From Mycobacterium tuberculosis H37Rv (GTDB taxonomy: Bacteria; Actinomycetota; Actinomycetes; Mycobacteriales; Mycobacteriaceae): a stretch of DNA of 32,000 bases. The position numbers and the translations under genes are program-made. Location: NCBI RefSeq assembly GCF_000195955.2, contig NC_000962.3:3990001-4022000 (forward strand). Reading direction: 5' to 3'. Shown in pieces: positions 1 through 7,646 of the stretch. The notes beneath the pieces are model-generated. The model was not told the origin of the DNA. It did no database searches and saw only the letters and a program-made list of their open reading frames with translations. The stretch's first letter is position 1. Every line of letters begins with the position of its first letter.

Positions 1-774
1 GTGCGGGCCATCCTGCGCTCGGATGTCACCGATTTGACGGTGGTCACCTACGGCGGGCCGGACCTGGGGCTGCTGTGCTCGGCGGGCAAGGTCAAGCGGG
101 TCTACTACGGGTTCGTCTCGCTGGACTCGCCGCCGTTCTACGACCCGTGGTTCGCGCACGCCCGCACCAGCGGCGCGATCGAGGCCCGGGAGATGGACGA
201 GGGCATGCTGCGCTGCGGTTTGCAGGCCGCGGCACAACGGCTGCCGTTCCTGCCTATTCGCGCCGGGCTGGGCAGCTCGGTACCACAGTTCTGGGCAGGC
301 GAGCTGCAGACGGTCACGTCGCCGTATCCGGCGCCTGGCGGCGGGTACGAGACACTGATCGCCATGCCGGCACTGCGCCTGGATGCCGCCTTCGCCCACT
401 TGAATCTCGGTGACAGCCACGGCAATGCGGCCTACACCGGCATCGACCCCTACTTCGACGATCTCTTCTTGATGGCCGCCGAGCGGCGCTTTCTGTCGGT
501 GGAGCGCATCGTCGCCACCGAGGAACTGGTCAAATCGGTGCCGCCGCAGGCGCTGTTGGTCAACCGGATGATGGTCGACGCCATCGTGGAAGCACCCGGC
601 GGCGCCCACTTCACCACCGCCGCACCGGACTACGGGCGCGACGAGCAGTTCCAGCGGCACTACGCCGAAGCGGCGTCGACACAGGTGGGTTGGCAGCAGT
701 TCGTGCACACCTACCTATCCGGCACCGAAGCGGACTACCAGGCCGCGGTGCACAACTTTGGAGCATCACGGTGA
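1..774 (+). CDS. ipdA: IpdA (Rv3551-like), CoA-transferase-family alpha subunit of the steroid ring-D hydrolase; 5'-truncated by the window edge
   Basis: Frame is open from base 1, so the N-terminus lies outside the window. The 257 aa present look like a glutaconate/3-oxoacid CoA-transferase subunit A. The stop overlaps the next gene's GTG (GTGA at 771-774). Gene order matches ipdA-ipdB-ipdC as I remember it. Confidence 0.9.
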   Translation: MRAILRSDVTDLTVVTYGGPDLGLLCSAGKVKRVYYGFVSLDSPPFYDPWFAHARTSGAIEAREMDEGMLRCGLQAAAQRLPFLPIRAGLGSSVPQFWAGELQTVTSPYPAPGGGYETLIAMPALRLDAAFAHLNLGDSHGNAAYTGIDPYFDDLFLMAAERRFLSVERIVATEELVKSVPPQALLVNRMMVDAIVEAPGGAHFTTAAPDYGRDEQFQRHYAEAASTQVGWQQFVHTYLSGTEADYQAAVHNFGASR

Positions 775-1523
775 GCACCCGAGCCGAAGTGTGTGCCGTC
801 GCCTGCGCCGAGTTGTTCCGCGATGCAGGCGAAATCATGATCAGCCCCATGACCAACATGGCCTCGGTAGGGGCGCGGCTGGCGCGGCTCACCTTCGCGC
901 CGGACATTCTGCTGACCGACGGCGAGGCTCAGCTGCTCGCGGACACACCGGCATTGGGCAAGACGGGCGCCCCAAACAGGATTGAGGGGTGGATGCCGTT
1001 CGGCCGGGTTTTCGAAACCCTGGCCTGGGGGCGCCGGCACGTGGTGATGGGCGCCAATCAGGTCGACCGCTATGGCAATCAGAACATCTCGGCGTTCGGG
1101 CCGCTGCAGCGGCCGACCCGGCAGATGTTCGGCGTCCGCGGCTCGCCGGGCAACACCATCAACCACGCCACCAGTTACTGGGTGGGCAACCACTGCAAGC
1201 GGGTCTTTGTCGAGGCCGTCGATGTGGTCTCCGGCATCGGCTACGACAAGGTGGATCCGGACAATCCGGCCTTCCGGTTCGTCAACGTCTACCGGGTGGT
1301 GTCCAACCTAGGCGTGTTCGACTTCGGCGGCCCCGACCACTCCATGCGGGCGGTATCCCTACACCCCGGGGTGACGCCCGGCGACGTCCGCGACGCCACC
1401 TCGTTCGAGGTGCATGACCTCGACGCGGCCGAGCAGACCAGGCTGCCCACCGACGACGAACTGCACCTGATCCGCGCGGTAATCGATCCGAAGTCGTTGC
1501 GGGACAGGGAGATACGATCATGA
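771..1523 (+). CDS. ipdB: IpdB (Rv3552-like), CoA-transferase-family beta subunit
   Basis: GTG at 771 inside the 690..1523 ORF gives 250 aa and a 4-nt GTGA overlap with the ipdA stop. The sequence from VSTRAEVCAVACAELF onward looks like a CoA-transferase B subunit. Confidence 0.88.
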   Translation: MSTRAEVCAVACAELFRDAGEIMISPMTNMASVGARLARLTFAPDILLTDGEAQLLADTPALGKTGAPNRIEGWMPFGRVFETLAWGRRHVVMGANQVDRYGNQNISAFGPLQRPTRQMFGVRGSPGNTINHATSYWVGNHCKRVFVEAVDVVSGIGYDKVDPDNPAFRFVNVYRVVSNLGVFDFGGPDHSMRAVSLHPGVTPGDVRDATSFEVHDLDAAEQTRLPTDDELHLIRAVIDPKSLRDREIRS

Positions 1524-1624
1524 TTGTTCCGCCTCCTCTCCCCCGCAAGCGGGAGGTGCGCCCACATCGCTTCGTCCCCTGCAAGCGGGTGGTACCCCCA
1601 CTGCATTGTCGGCGGTGGCTATGA
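1520..1624 (+). CDS. MIRU-encoded 34-codon mini-ORF (MIVPPPLPRKREVRPHRFVPCKRVVPPLHCRRWL), possible translational-coupling bridge
   Basis: ATG 1520-1522 overlaps the ipdB stop TGA 1521-1523. Its own stop TGA 1622-1624 overlaps the ipdC ATG 1621-1623. I translated it by hand; it is too short for the ORF track. There is no evidence that the peptide itself has a function. Confidence 0.35.
   Translation: MIVPPPLPRKREVRPHRFVPCKRVVPPLHCRRWL
1524..1620. repeat. MIRU-type intergenic repeat (about 97 bp, with an internal 36-bp partial duplication) between ipdB and ipdC
   Basis: CCGCCTCCTCTCCC ... GCAAGCGGGTGGTACCCCCACTGCATTGTCGGCGG resembles the MIRU consensus I remember (GCCGCTCCTCCTC ... CTGCATCGTCGCCGGCG). 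Units starting at 1545 and 1581 repeat with a 36-bp period. A second copy of the family lies at 6965..7028. Confidence 0.75.
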
Positions 1625-2688
1625 GGCTGCGTACGCCGCTGACCGAGCTCATCGGCATCGAGCACCCGGTGGTGCAGACCGGGATGGGCTGGGTGGCCGG
1701 TGCCCGGCTGGTGTCGGCCACCGCCAACGCGGGCGGGCTGGGCATCTTGGCCTCGGCCACCATGACGCTGGACGAGCTGGCGGCGGCGATCACAAAGGTC
1801 AAGGCCGTCACCGACAAGCCATTCGGGGTGAACATCCGCGCCGACGCAGCCGACGCGGGCGACCGCGTCGAGTTGATGATCCGCGAGGGGGTGCGGGTGG
1901 CCTCGTTCGCGTTGGCACCCAAACAGCAGCTGATCGCCCGGCTCAAAGAAGCCGGCGCGGTGGTCATACCGTCGATCGGCGCGGCCAAACATGCGCGCAA
2001 GGTGGCGGCCTGGGGCGCCGACGCGATGATCGTGCAGGGCGGCGAGGGCGGCGGCCACACCGGGCCGGTCGCCACCACGCTGCTGTTGCCGTCGGTGCTG
2101 GACGCCGTGGCGGGCACCGGCATCCCGGTGATCGCCGCCGGCGGCTTCTTCGACGGGCGCGGGCTAGCCGCGGCGTTGTGCTACGGCGCCGCCGGGGTGG
2201 CCATGGGCACCCGGTTTCTGCTCACCTCGGATTCCACCGTGCCCGACGCGGTCAAACGGCGTTACCTGCAGGCCGGCTTGGACGGCACCGTGGTCACCAC
2301 CCGCGTCGACGGGATGCCGCACCGGGTGCTGCGCACCGAGCTGGTCGAGAAGCTGGAAAGCGGCTCGCGGGCACGAGGTTTCGCGGCCGCGCTGCGCAAT
2401 GCCGGCAAGTTTAGACGGATGTCGCAGATGACCTGGCGGTCGATGATCCGAGACGGCCTGACCATGCGCCACGGCAAGGAATTGACCTGGTCACAGGTGC
2501 TGATGGCGGCAAACACCCCGATGCTGCTCAAAGCCGGCCTGGTCGACGGCAACACCGAGGCCGGGGTGCTGGCATCGGGCCAGGTAGCGGGCATTCTTGA
2601 CGACCTACCGTCGTGCAAAGAGCTGATCGAGTCGATCGTGCTTGACGCCATCACACATTTACAAACCGCATCTGCGCTGGTGGAGTGA
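1621..2688 (+). CDS. ipdC: IpdC (Rv3553-like), FMN-dependent nitronate monooxygenase / enoyl-reductase family (acyl-CoA reductase of the ring C/D pathway)
   Basis: ATG at 1621 gives 355 aa. The ORF-track start at 1606 is a TTG inside the MIRU. NMO/FabK-like motifs GMGWVAGARL and QGGEGGGHTG are present. The stop overlaps the fdxB GTG (GTGA 2685-2688). Confidence 0.9.
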   Translation: MRLRTPLTELIGIEHPVVQTGMGWVAGARLVSATANAGGLGILASATMTLDELAAAITKVKAVTDKPFGVNIRADAADAGDRVELMIREGVRVASFALAPKQQLIARLKEAGAVVIPSIGAAKHARKVAAWGADAMIVQGGEGGGHTGPVATTLLLPSVLDAVAGTGIPVIAAGGFFDGRGLAAALCYGAAGVAMGTRFLLTSDSTVPDAVKRRYLQAGLDGTVVTTRVDGMPHRVLRTELVEKLESGSRARGFAAALRNAGKFRRMSQMTWRSMIRDGLTMRHGKELTWSQVLMAANTPMLLKAGLVDGNTEAGVLASGQVAGILDDLPSCKELIESIVLDAITHLQTASALVE

Positions 2689-4742
2689 CTGACGCGTGTC
2701 AAGCAGAGTACGCTATCGCAGCTATGTCGACCGTCGAGATGGACCAGGCGGCTCCAGAGTCCGCCGCGCACCACCCTCTGCCGGACCCCGGTGAGTCGGT
2801 CCCCAGACTCGCGCTGCCCACGATCGGGATCTTCCTGGCCACGCTCACCGCGTTCGTCGGTTCTACGACCGCTTACATCAGCGGATGGATCCCGTTCTGG
2901 GTGACGATCCCCGTCAACGCCGCGGTCACGTTCGTGATGTTCACCGTCGTGCATGACGCATCGCATTACGCGATCAGCTCCATCCGGTGGGTGAACGGGC
3001 TGTTCGGGCGGCTGGCGTGGCTTTTCGTCGGGCCGGTGGTCGCGTTCCCGGCCTTCGGGTACATCCACATCCAGCACCACCGCCATTCCAACGACGACGA
3101 GCAAGACCCGGACACCTTCGCCTCACACGGCTCGCTGTGGGTGCTGCCGTTGCGCTGGTCGATGGTCGAGTACTTCTACATCAAGTACTACCTGCCTCGC
3201 GGCCGCAGCCGGCCGGTCATCGAGGTCGCCGAGACGCTGGTGATGATGACCCTGTTCCTGACCGGCCTGATCGTCGCCATCGTCACCGGCAACTTCTGGA
3301 CGCTGGCGATCGTCTTCCTGATCCCGCAACGTATCGGCCTTACCGTGCTGGCCTGGTGGTTCGACTGGCTGCCCCACCACGGTCTGGAGGACACCCAGCG
3401 CAGCAACCGCTACCGCGCGACCCGCAACCGGGTTGGCGCCGAGTGGCTGTTCACCCCGGTGCTGCTGTCGCAGAACTACCACTTGGTGCACCACCTGCAC
3501 CCGTCGGTGCCGTTCTACCGGTACCTGCGCACCTGGCGGCGCAACGAGGAGGCGTATCTGGAACGCAACGCCGCGATCTCCACGGTCTTTGGCCAGCAAC
3601 TGAATCCGGACGAGTACCGGCAGTGGAAGGAGCTCAACGGCCGGCTCGCGCGACTGCTGCCGGTGCGGATGCCGGCCCGCTCCAGCTCGCCGCACGCGGT
3701 GCTGCACCGCATCCCGGTCGCGTCGGTGGATCCCATCACCGCCGATGCCACCCTGGTGACTTTCGCGGTGCCGGAAGCATTGCGGGACGCGTTCCGATTC
3801 GAGCCGGGCCAGCACGTGACGGTGCGCACCGACCTGGGCGGCCAAGGCATCCGGCGCAACTACTCGATCTGCGCCCCGGCCACCCGCGCCCAGCTGCGCA
3901 TCGCCGTCAAACACATTCCCGGCGGGGCGTTTTCGACGTTCGTGGCCAACGAACTGAAGGCCGGCGACGTGCTCGAGCTGATGACACCGACCGGCCGGTT
4001 CGGCACCCCGCTGGATCCGTTGCACCGCAAGCACTATGTGGGCCTGGTGGCCGGCAGCGGGATCACCCCGGTGCTGTCCATCCTGGCGACCACGCTGGAG
4101 ATCGAGACCGAAAGCCGATTCACGCTGATCTACGGCAACCGCACCAAGGAATCGACGATGTTTCGGGCCGAGCTGGATCGTCTGGAGTCGCGCTATGCCG
4201 ACCGGCTGGAAATCCTGCACGTGCTCTCCAGCGAGCCGCTGCACACCCCGGAGCTGCGCGGGCGCATCGACCGAGACAAACTCACCAGGTGGCTGACGAG
4301 TACCCTGCGGCCGGCCGGTGTGGACGAATGGTTCATCTGCGGCCCGCTCGCCATGGCCACCGCGGTGCGCGAGACCCTGATCGAGCACGGCGTGGACTCC
4401 GAGCGCATTCACCTGGAGTTGTTCTACGGGTTCGACACGCCCCCGGCGACCCGTCCCTCCTATGCGGGAGCCACCGTCACCTTCACGCTGTCCGGGCAGC
4501 GGGCGATATTCGATCTGGTGCCCGGCGACTCGATTCTGGAAGGGGCGCTGGGGCTGCGCAGCGATGCGCCGTATGCGTGCATGGGCGGCGCATGCGGCAC
4601 CTGCCGAGCCAAACTGATCGAGGGCAACGTCGAGATGGACCACAACTTCGCCCTCCGGAAGGCGGAGCTGGATGCCGGCTACATCCTGACCTGCCAGTCA
4701 CACCCGACGACACCATTCGTCGCCGTCGACTACGACGCCTAG
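2685..4742 (+). CDS. fdxB: FdxB (Rv3554-like): membrane fatty-acid-desaturase-like domain fused to an FNR-type flavin reductase and a plant-type 2Fe-2S ferredoxin
   Basis: 685-aa ORF. It has three His boxes (HDASH, HIQHHRH, HLVHHLH) and hydrophobic segments in the N-terminal ~310 aa. These are followed by RNYSICA (RxYS), GSGITPVLS, and C-terminal CMGGACGTCRAKL...LTCQ. Confidence 0.93.
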   Translation: MTDACQAEYAIAAMSTVEMDQAAPESAAHHPLPDPGESVPRLALPTIGIFLATLTAFVGSTTAYISGWIPFWVTIPVNAAVTFVMFTVVHDASHYAISSIRWVNGLFGRLAWLFVGPVVAFPAFGYIHIQHHRHSNDDEQDPDTFASHGSLWVLPLRWSMVEYFYIKYYLPRGRSRPVIEVAETLVMMTLFLTGLIVAIVTGNFWTLAIVFLIPQRIGLTVLAWWFDWLPHHGLEDTQRSNRYRATRNRVGAEWLFTPVLLSQNYHLVHHLHPSVPFYRYLRTWRRNEEAYLERNAAISTVFGQQLNPDEYRQWKELNGRLARLLPVRMPARSSSPHAVLHRIPVASVDPITADATLVTFAVPEALRDAFRFEPGQHVTVRTDLGGQGIRRNYSICAPATRAQLRIAVKHIPGGAFSTFVANELKAGDVLELMTPTGRFGTPLDPLHRKHYVGLVAGSGITPVLSILATTLEIETESRFTLIYGNRTKESTMFRAELDRLESRYADRLEILHVLSSEPLHTPELRGRIDRDKLTRWLTSTLRPAGVDEWFICGPLAMATAVRETLIEHGVDSERIHLELFYGFDTPPATRPSYAGATVTFTLSGQRAIFDLVPGDSILEGALGLRSDAPYACMGGACGTCRAKLIEGNVEMDHNFALRKAELDAGYILTCQSHPTTPFVAVDYDA

Positions 4743-4767
4743 GTTCGTGGCGCCGCCCCATACTTGC

Positions 4768-4827
4768 GCCGACTGTGAATCTGACGACGCGACACGCCGA
4801 TTCGCCGTCGTGTGGTTCACTCTCGGC
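4768..4827. repeat. 60-nt three-helix imperfect hairpin (family 1, copy A) between convergent fdxB and Rv3555c; putative bidirectional terminator
   Basis: Helices: GCCGA/TCGGC (4768-72 / 4823-27), GTGAATC/GGTTCAC (4775-81 / 4814-20, one G-U pair) and ACGACG/CGTCGT (4784-89 / 4806-11), with a 16-nt loop CGACACGCCGATTCGC. 50/60 positions are identical to copy B at 5732..5791. Confidence 0.8.
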
Positions 4828-4829
4828 GC

Positions 4830-5699
4830 TCATGGGCGCCATCCCGCCGCCCGCATCGCGGCATCGACGCGGCCAACGAACGTGCCCCGGCGGTACCAGA
4901 GCAGCTCACTGGTGACCCTGATGATCGTCCAGCCCAGATCCAGCAACGCGGTGGACCGCTCGATGTCCCGAGCCCGCTGCGCCGGGTCTGTCCAATGCTG
5001 TGGCCCGTCATACTCGACACCGACTCGCAATTGCTCGTAGCCCAGGTCGATGCGGGCGACGAAGTCCCCGTAGTCGTCAAACACTCTGATCTGTGTTTGC
5101 GGCTTCGGCAGACCGGCATCGATCAACACCAATCGGGTCCACGTCTCCTGTGGGGATTCCGCACCCCCGTCGATCAGCGGCAGCACCGCACGGAGGCGGA
5201 CCAGGCCGCGCGCACCGGTATGTTCGGCAATGACGGCCTGCACGTCGGCGACCTTGACATCGGTCGAATTCGCCAACGCGTCCAGCCGTTGAACGGCCTG
5301 CAGCCGCGAGGGTGTGCGCCGCCCGATATCGAAGGCGGTGCGCGCCGGGGTGGTTACCGCGACACCGTCAACCGCAACCGTCTCGTGCGGCGCCAATCGA
5401 TCCGTGTGCACGACGATGCGCGGCGGAGGCTTTCGATTGGCGTGCACTAACTCTGCGTCAAGCGCTGGGTTTACCCACTTCGCGCCAAGCAGCGCCGCCG
5501 CCGAATTGCCGGCCACGACGGCGCGGCGCCGCGACCACAGCCACGCCGCGTGGGCGCGCTGGCGCGCCGTCAGCTCCACACCGGCCGGGGCGTAGACGCC
5601 CGGGTAGACTGGCTCGTAGAGCTGTCTCATGGCCCGCTCCGGAATGGCCTTTGCGGCCAACACTTCCGAGCCCAGGACGGGCCATGGAAGTTCGTCCAT
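4830..5699 (-). CDS. Rv3555c-like conserved hypothetical protein: AbiEi-like N-terminal region plus DUF559/Vsr-like PD-(D/E)xK endonuclease-fold C-terminus
   Basis: 291-aa ORF 4830..5705 begins with GTG at 5705; I chose the ATG at 5699 (289 aa). The C-terminus ESPQETWTRLVL...ARIDLGYEQLRVGVEYDGPQHW fits the DUF559 / restriction-endonuclease-like pattern. Function is unknown. Confidence 0.8.
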   Translation of the reverse strand: MDELPWPVLGSEVLAAKAIPERAMRQLYEPVYPGVYAPAGVELTARQRAHAAWLWSRRRAVVAGNSAAALLGAKWVNPALDAELVHANRKPPPRIVVHTDRLAPHETVAVDGVAVTTPARTAFDIGRRTPSRLQAVQRLDALANSTDVKVADVQAVIAEHTGARGLVRLRAVLPLIDGGAESPQETWTRLVLIDAGLPKPQTQIRVFDDYGDFVARIDLGYEQLRVGVEYDGPQHWTDPAQRARDIERSTALLDLGWTIIRVTSELLWYRRGTFVGRVDAAMRAAGWRP

Positions 5700-5731
5700 G
5701 GCCACATCCTGGCATCACCCACCGACACCCC

Positions 5732-5791
5732 GCCGACAGTGAATCGCACGACGCGACACGCCGACGACCCGTCGTGAGATTCACCCTCGGC
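5732..5791. repeat. 60-nt three-helix hairpin (family 1, copy B) just downstream of the fadA6 stop and upstream of the Rv3555c start; putative terminator of kstR2-fadA6
   Basis: Helices: GCCGA/TCGGC (5732-36 / 5787-91), GTGAATC/GATTCAC (5739-45 / 5778-84) and ACGACG/CGTCGT (5748-53 / 5770-75), with loop CGACACGCCGACGACC. It has the same orientation and architecture as copy A. Confidence 0.8.
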
Positions 5792-5803
5792 GCCAACGAA
5801 GGC

Positions 5804-6964
5804 CTACAGCCGCTCGATAATGGTGACGTTGGCGGTGCCGCCGCCCTCGCACATGGTCTGCAGCCCGTAGCGGCCACCGATGCGCTCCAGCTCGCCCAGC
5901 ATGGTGGTGAACAGTTTGGCGCCGGTGGCGCCTAGCGGATGCCCCAGCGCGATCGCGCCGCCGTTGGGGTTGACCTTCGCCGGGTCGGCCTTGATTTCCT
6001 TGAGCCAGGCCATAACTACCGGCGCGAACGCCTCGTTGATCTCGACGGTGTCGATGTCGTCGATGGCAAGCCCGGTCTTGTCCAGCGCGTACCGGGTGGC
6101 GGGGATGGGTCCGGTCAGCATGAATACCGGGTCGGCGGCGCGCGCACTGATGTGGTGGATGCGGGCACGGGGCCTAAGTCCATGGTCTTTGACGGCCCGC
6201 TCGGAGGCCAGCAACACTGCACTGGCGCCGTCGGAGATCTGACTGGCCATCGCCGCCGTCAGCCGGCCGCCCTCGACCAGCGGCTGCAAGCCGGCCATCT
6301 TCTCCAGCGACGACTCCCGCGGGCCCTCATCAACCCGGAACGGCCCGGATTCGGTTTCCACAGTGATGATTTCGTTTTCGAAGTGGCCGGCGCGGATCGC
6401 CGCGAACGCGCGTTCGTGGCTGGTCAGCGAGTACCGCTCCATCTCTTCACGGGACAGGTTCCACTTCTCGGCGATCAGCTCCGAGCCACGGAACTGTGAA
6501 ATCTCCTGGTCGCCATACCGGTGTAACCATTGCTTGGATTCGTTGGTCGGCGAGGTGAACCCGAACTGTTCGCCCACGGTCATCGCCGACGAGATCGGGA
6601 TCTGGCTCATGTTCTGCACGCCGCCGGCCACGATGACATCCGCCGTGCCGGACATGATCGCCTGCGCGCCAAAGGAAATCGCCTGCTGGCTGGATCCGCA
6701 CTGGCGGTCCACGGTGACACCGGGGACCTCTTCGGGATAGCCGGCGGCCAGCCACGACAGTCGGGCGATGTTGCCCGCCTGTCCGCCGATGGCGTCGACA
6801 CATCCGGCGATCACGTCGTCGACGGCGGCGGGGTCGATGTCGGTCCGGTCCAGCAGTCCGCGCCAGGCCAGGGCACCCAGGTCGACGGGATGGATACCGG
6901 CCAGTGCGCCGCCCCGCTTGCCGACCGCGGTCCGTACGGCGTCGATGACGTACGCCTCTGTCAT
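5804..6964 (-). CDS. fadA6: FadA6 (Rv3556c-like) acetyl-CoA acyltransferase / thiolase
   Basis: ATG at 6964 (MTEAYVIDAVRTAVGKRGG) gives 386 aa. Thiolase motifs VDRQCGSSQQA, NPNGGAIALGHPLGATG and CEGGGTANV are present. The ORF stays open upstream through the MIRU to an ATG at 7027, a possible 21-aa extension. Confidence 0.92.
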   Translation of the reverse strand: MTEAYVIDAVRTAVGKRGGALAGIHPVDLGALAWRGLLDRTDIDPAAVDDVIAGCVDAIGGQAGNIARLSWLAAGYPEEVPGVTVDRQCGSSQQAISFGAQAIMSGTADVIVAGGVQNMSQIPISSAMTVGEQFGFTSPTNESKQWLHRYGDQEISQFRGSELIAEKWNLSREEMERYSLTSHERAFAAIRAGHFENEIITVETESGPFRVDEGPRESSLEKMAGLQPLVEGGRLTAAMASQISDGASAVLLASERAVKDHGLRPRARIHHISARAADPVFMLTGPIPATRYALDKTGLAIDDIDTVEINEAFAPVVMAWLKEIKADPAKVNPNGGAIALGHPLGATGAKLFTTMLGELERIGGRYGLQTMCEGGGTANVTIIERL

Positions 6965-7028
6965 AACCGCTCCTCTCCCGTTGCCAGTGAGTGGTACCCC
7001 CACCGCATCGTCGTCGACACGGGGCATT
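6965..7028. repeat. MIRU-type repeat (single unit, ~64 bp) between kstR2 and fadA6
   Basis: CCGCTCCTCTCCC (6967-6979) ... GTGGTACCCCCACCGCATCGTCG (6991-7013) aligns with the repeat at 1524..1620 on the same (+) strand. Relative to its host operon it is therefore inverted. Confidence 0.75.
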
Positions 7029-7631
7029 TCAGACTCCCTCTTTGGTGATCCCGCCAAGCACGATGGCTAGGTATTGCTGGCCCACCTGCTGGGCGGTGAG
7101 CGGCCCACCGGGTCGATACCAGCGCACCGACACCCAGGTGGTGTCACGGATGAATCGGTAGACCAGGTCGACGTCTAGGTCGGGCCGGAAGTAGCCCTCT
7201 TCGATGCCCTGGTTGAGCACGTCCACCCACATCTTGCGCTGCTGCTTGTTACGGTCCTCGATGTAGGAAAACCTGGGTTGCGACGCCAGCCGTTGCGCTT
7301 CATCCTGGTAGATCACCACTTGCGCGTGATGATGCTCGATCGCCTCAAACGACGCCATGAACAGGCCCTGCAGCCGCTCCAGCGGATTGGCCGTGCTATC
7401 CACGATGTCGCGGTAACGGGCGAAGAGCCAATCGAGGAAACCGCGTAACAGCTCATCGACCATCTCCTCTTTGGAGGCGAAATGGTGATACAGGCTGCCG
7501 GATAGGATGCCGGCGCCGTCGGCGATATCGCGCACGGTGGTGGCGCGCAGTCCGCGCTCGGCGAACATCGCCGCCGCGAGCTCCAGCAACTCGCCTCGCC
7601 GGCTATTGACCTGACCGGCCACTCGATCCAT
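7029..7631 (-). CDS. kstR2: KstR2 (Rv3557c-like) TetR-family repressor of the HIP / ring C-D degradation regulon
   Basis: 200-aa ORF with TetR HTH TVRDIADGAGILSGSLYHHFASKEEM. A cognate palindromic operator lies 15 nt upstream of its start codon. Confidence 0.95.
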   Translation of the reverse strand: MDRVAGQVNSRRGELLELAAAMFAERGLRATTVRDIADGAGILSGSLYHHFASKEEMVDELLRGFLDWLFARYRDIVDSTANPLERLQGLFMASFEAIEHHHAQVVIYQDEAQRLASQPRFSYIEDRNKQQRKMWVDVLNQGIEEGYFRPDLDVDLVYRFIRDTTWVSVRWYRPGGPLTAQQVGQQYLAIVLGGITKEGV

Positions 7632-7646
7632 CCGACCAGACTATCA

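Noticed and set aside
1606-1620. TTG start at 1606 for ipdC (360-aa version in the ORF track).
   Set aside because: It lies inside the MIRU repeat. ATG 1621 gives the expected 355 aa and is the codon that overlaps the mini-ORF stop.
3123-4643. 506-aa ORF on the minus strand, antisense to fdxB. Similar long antisense or alternate-frame ORFs include 2987..4915 +, 1282..2058 -, 2262..3104 - and 1524..2414 +.
   Set aside because: Their Arg/Gly/Pro/Ala-rich low-complexity translations are typical of off-frame reading of high-GC coding DNA. They fully overlap genes with clear domain motifs and have no recognisable motifs of their own.
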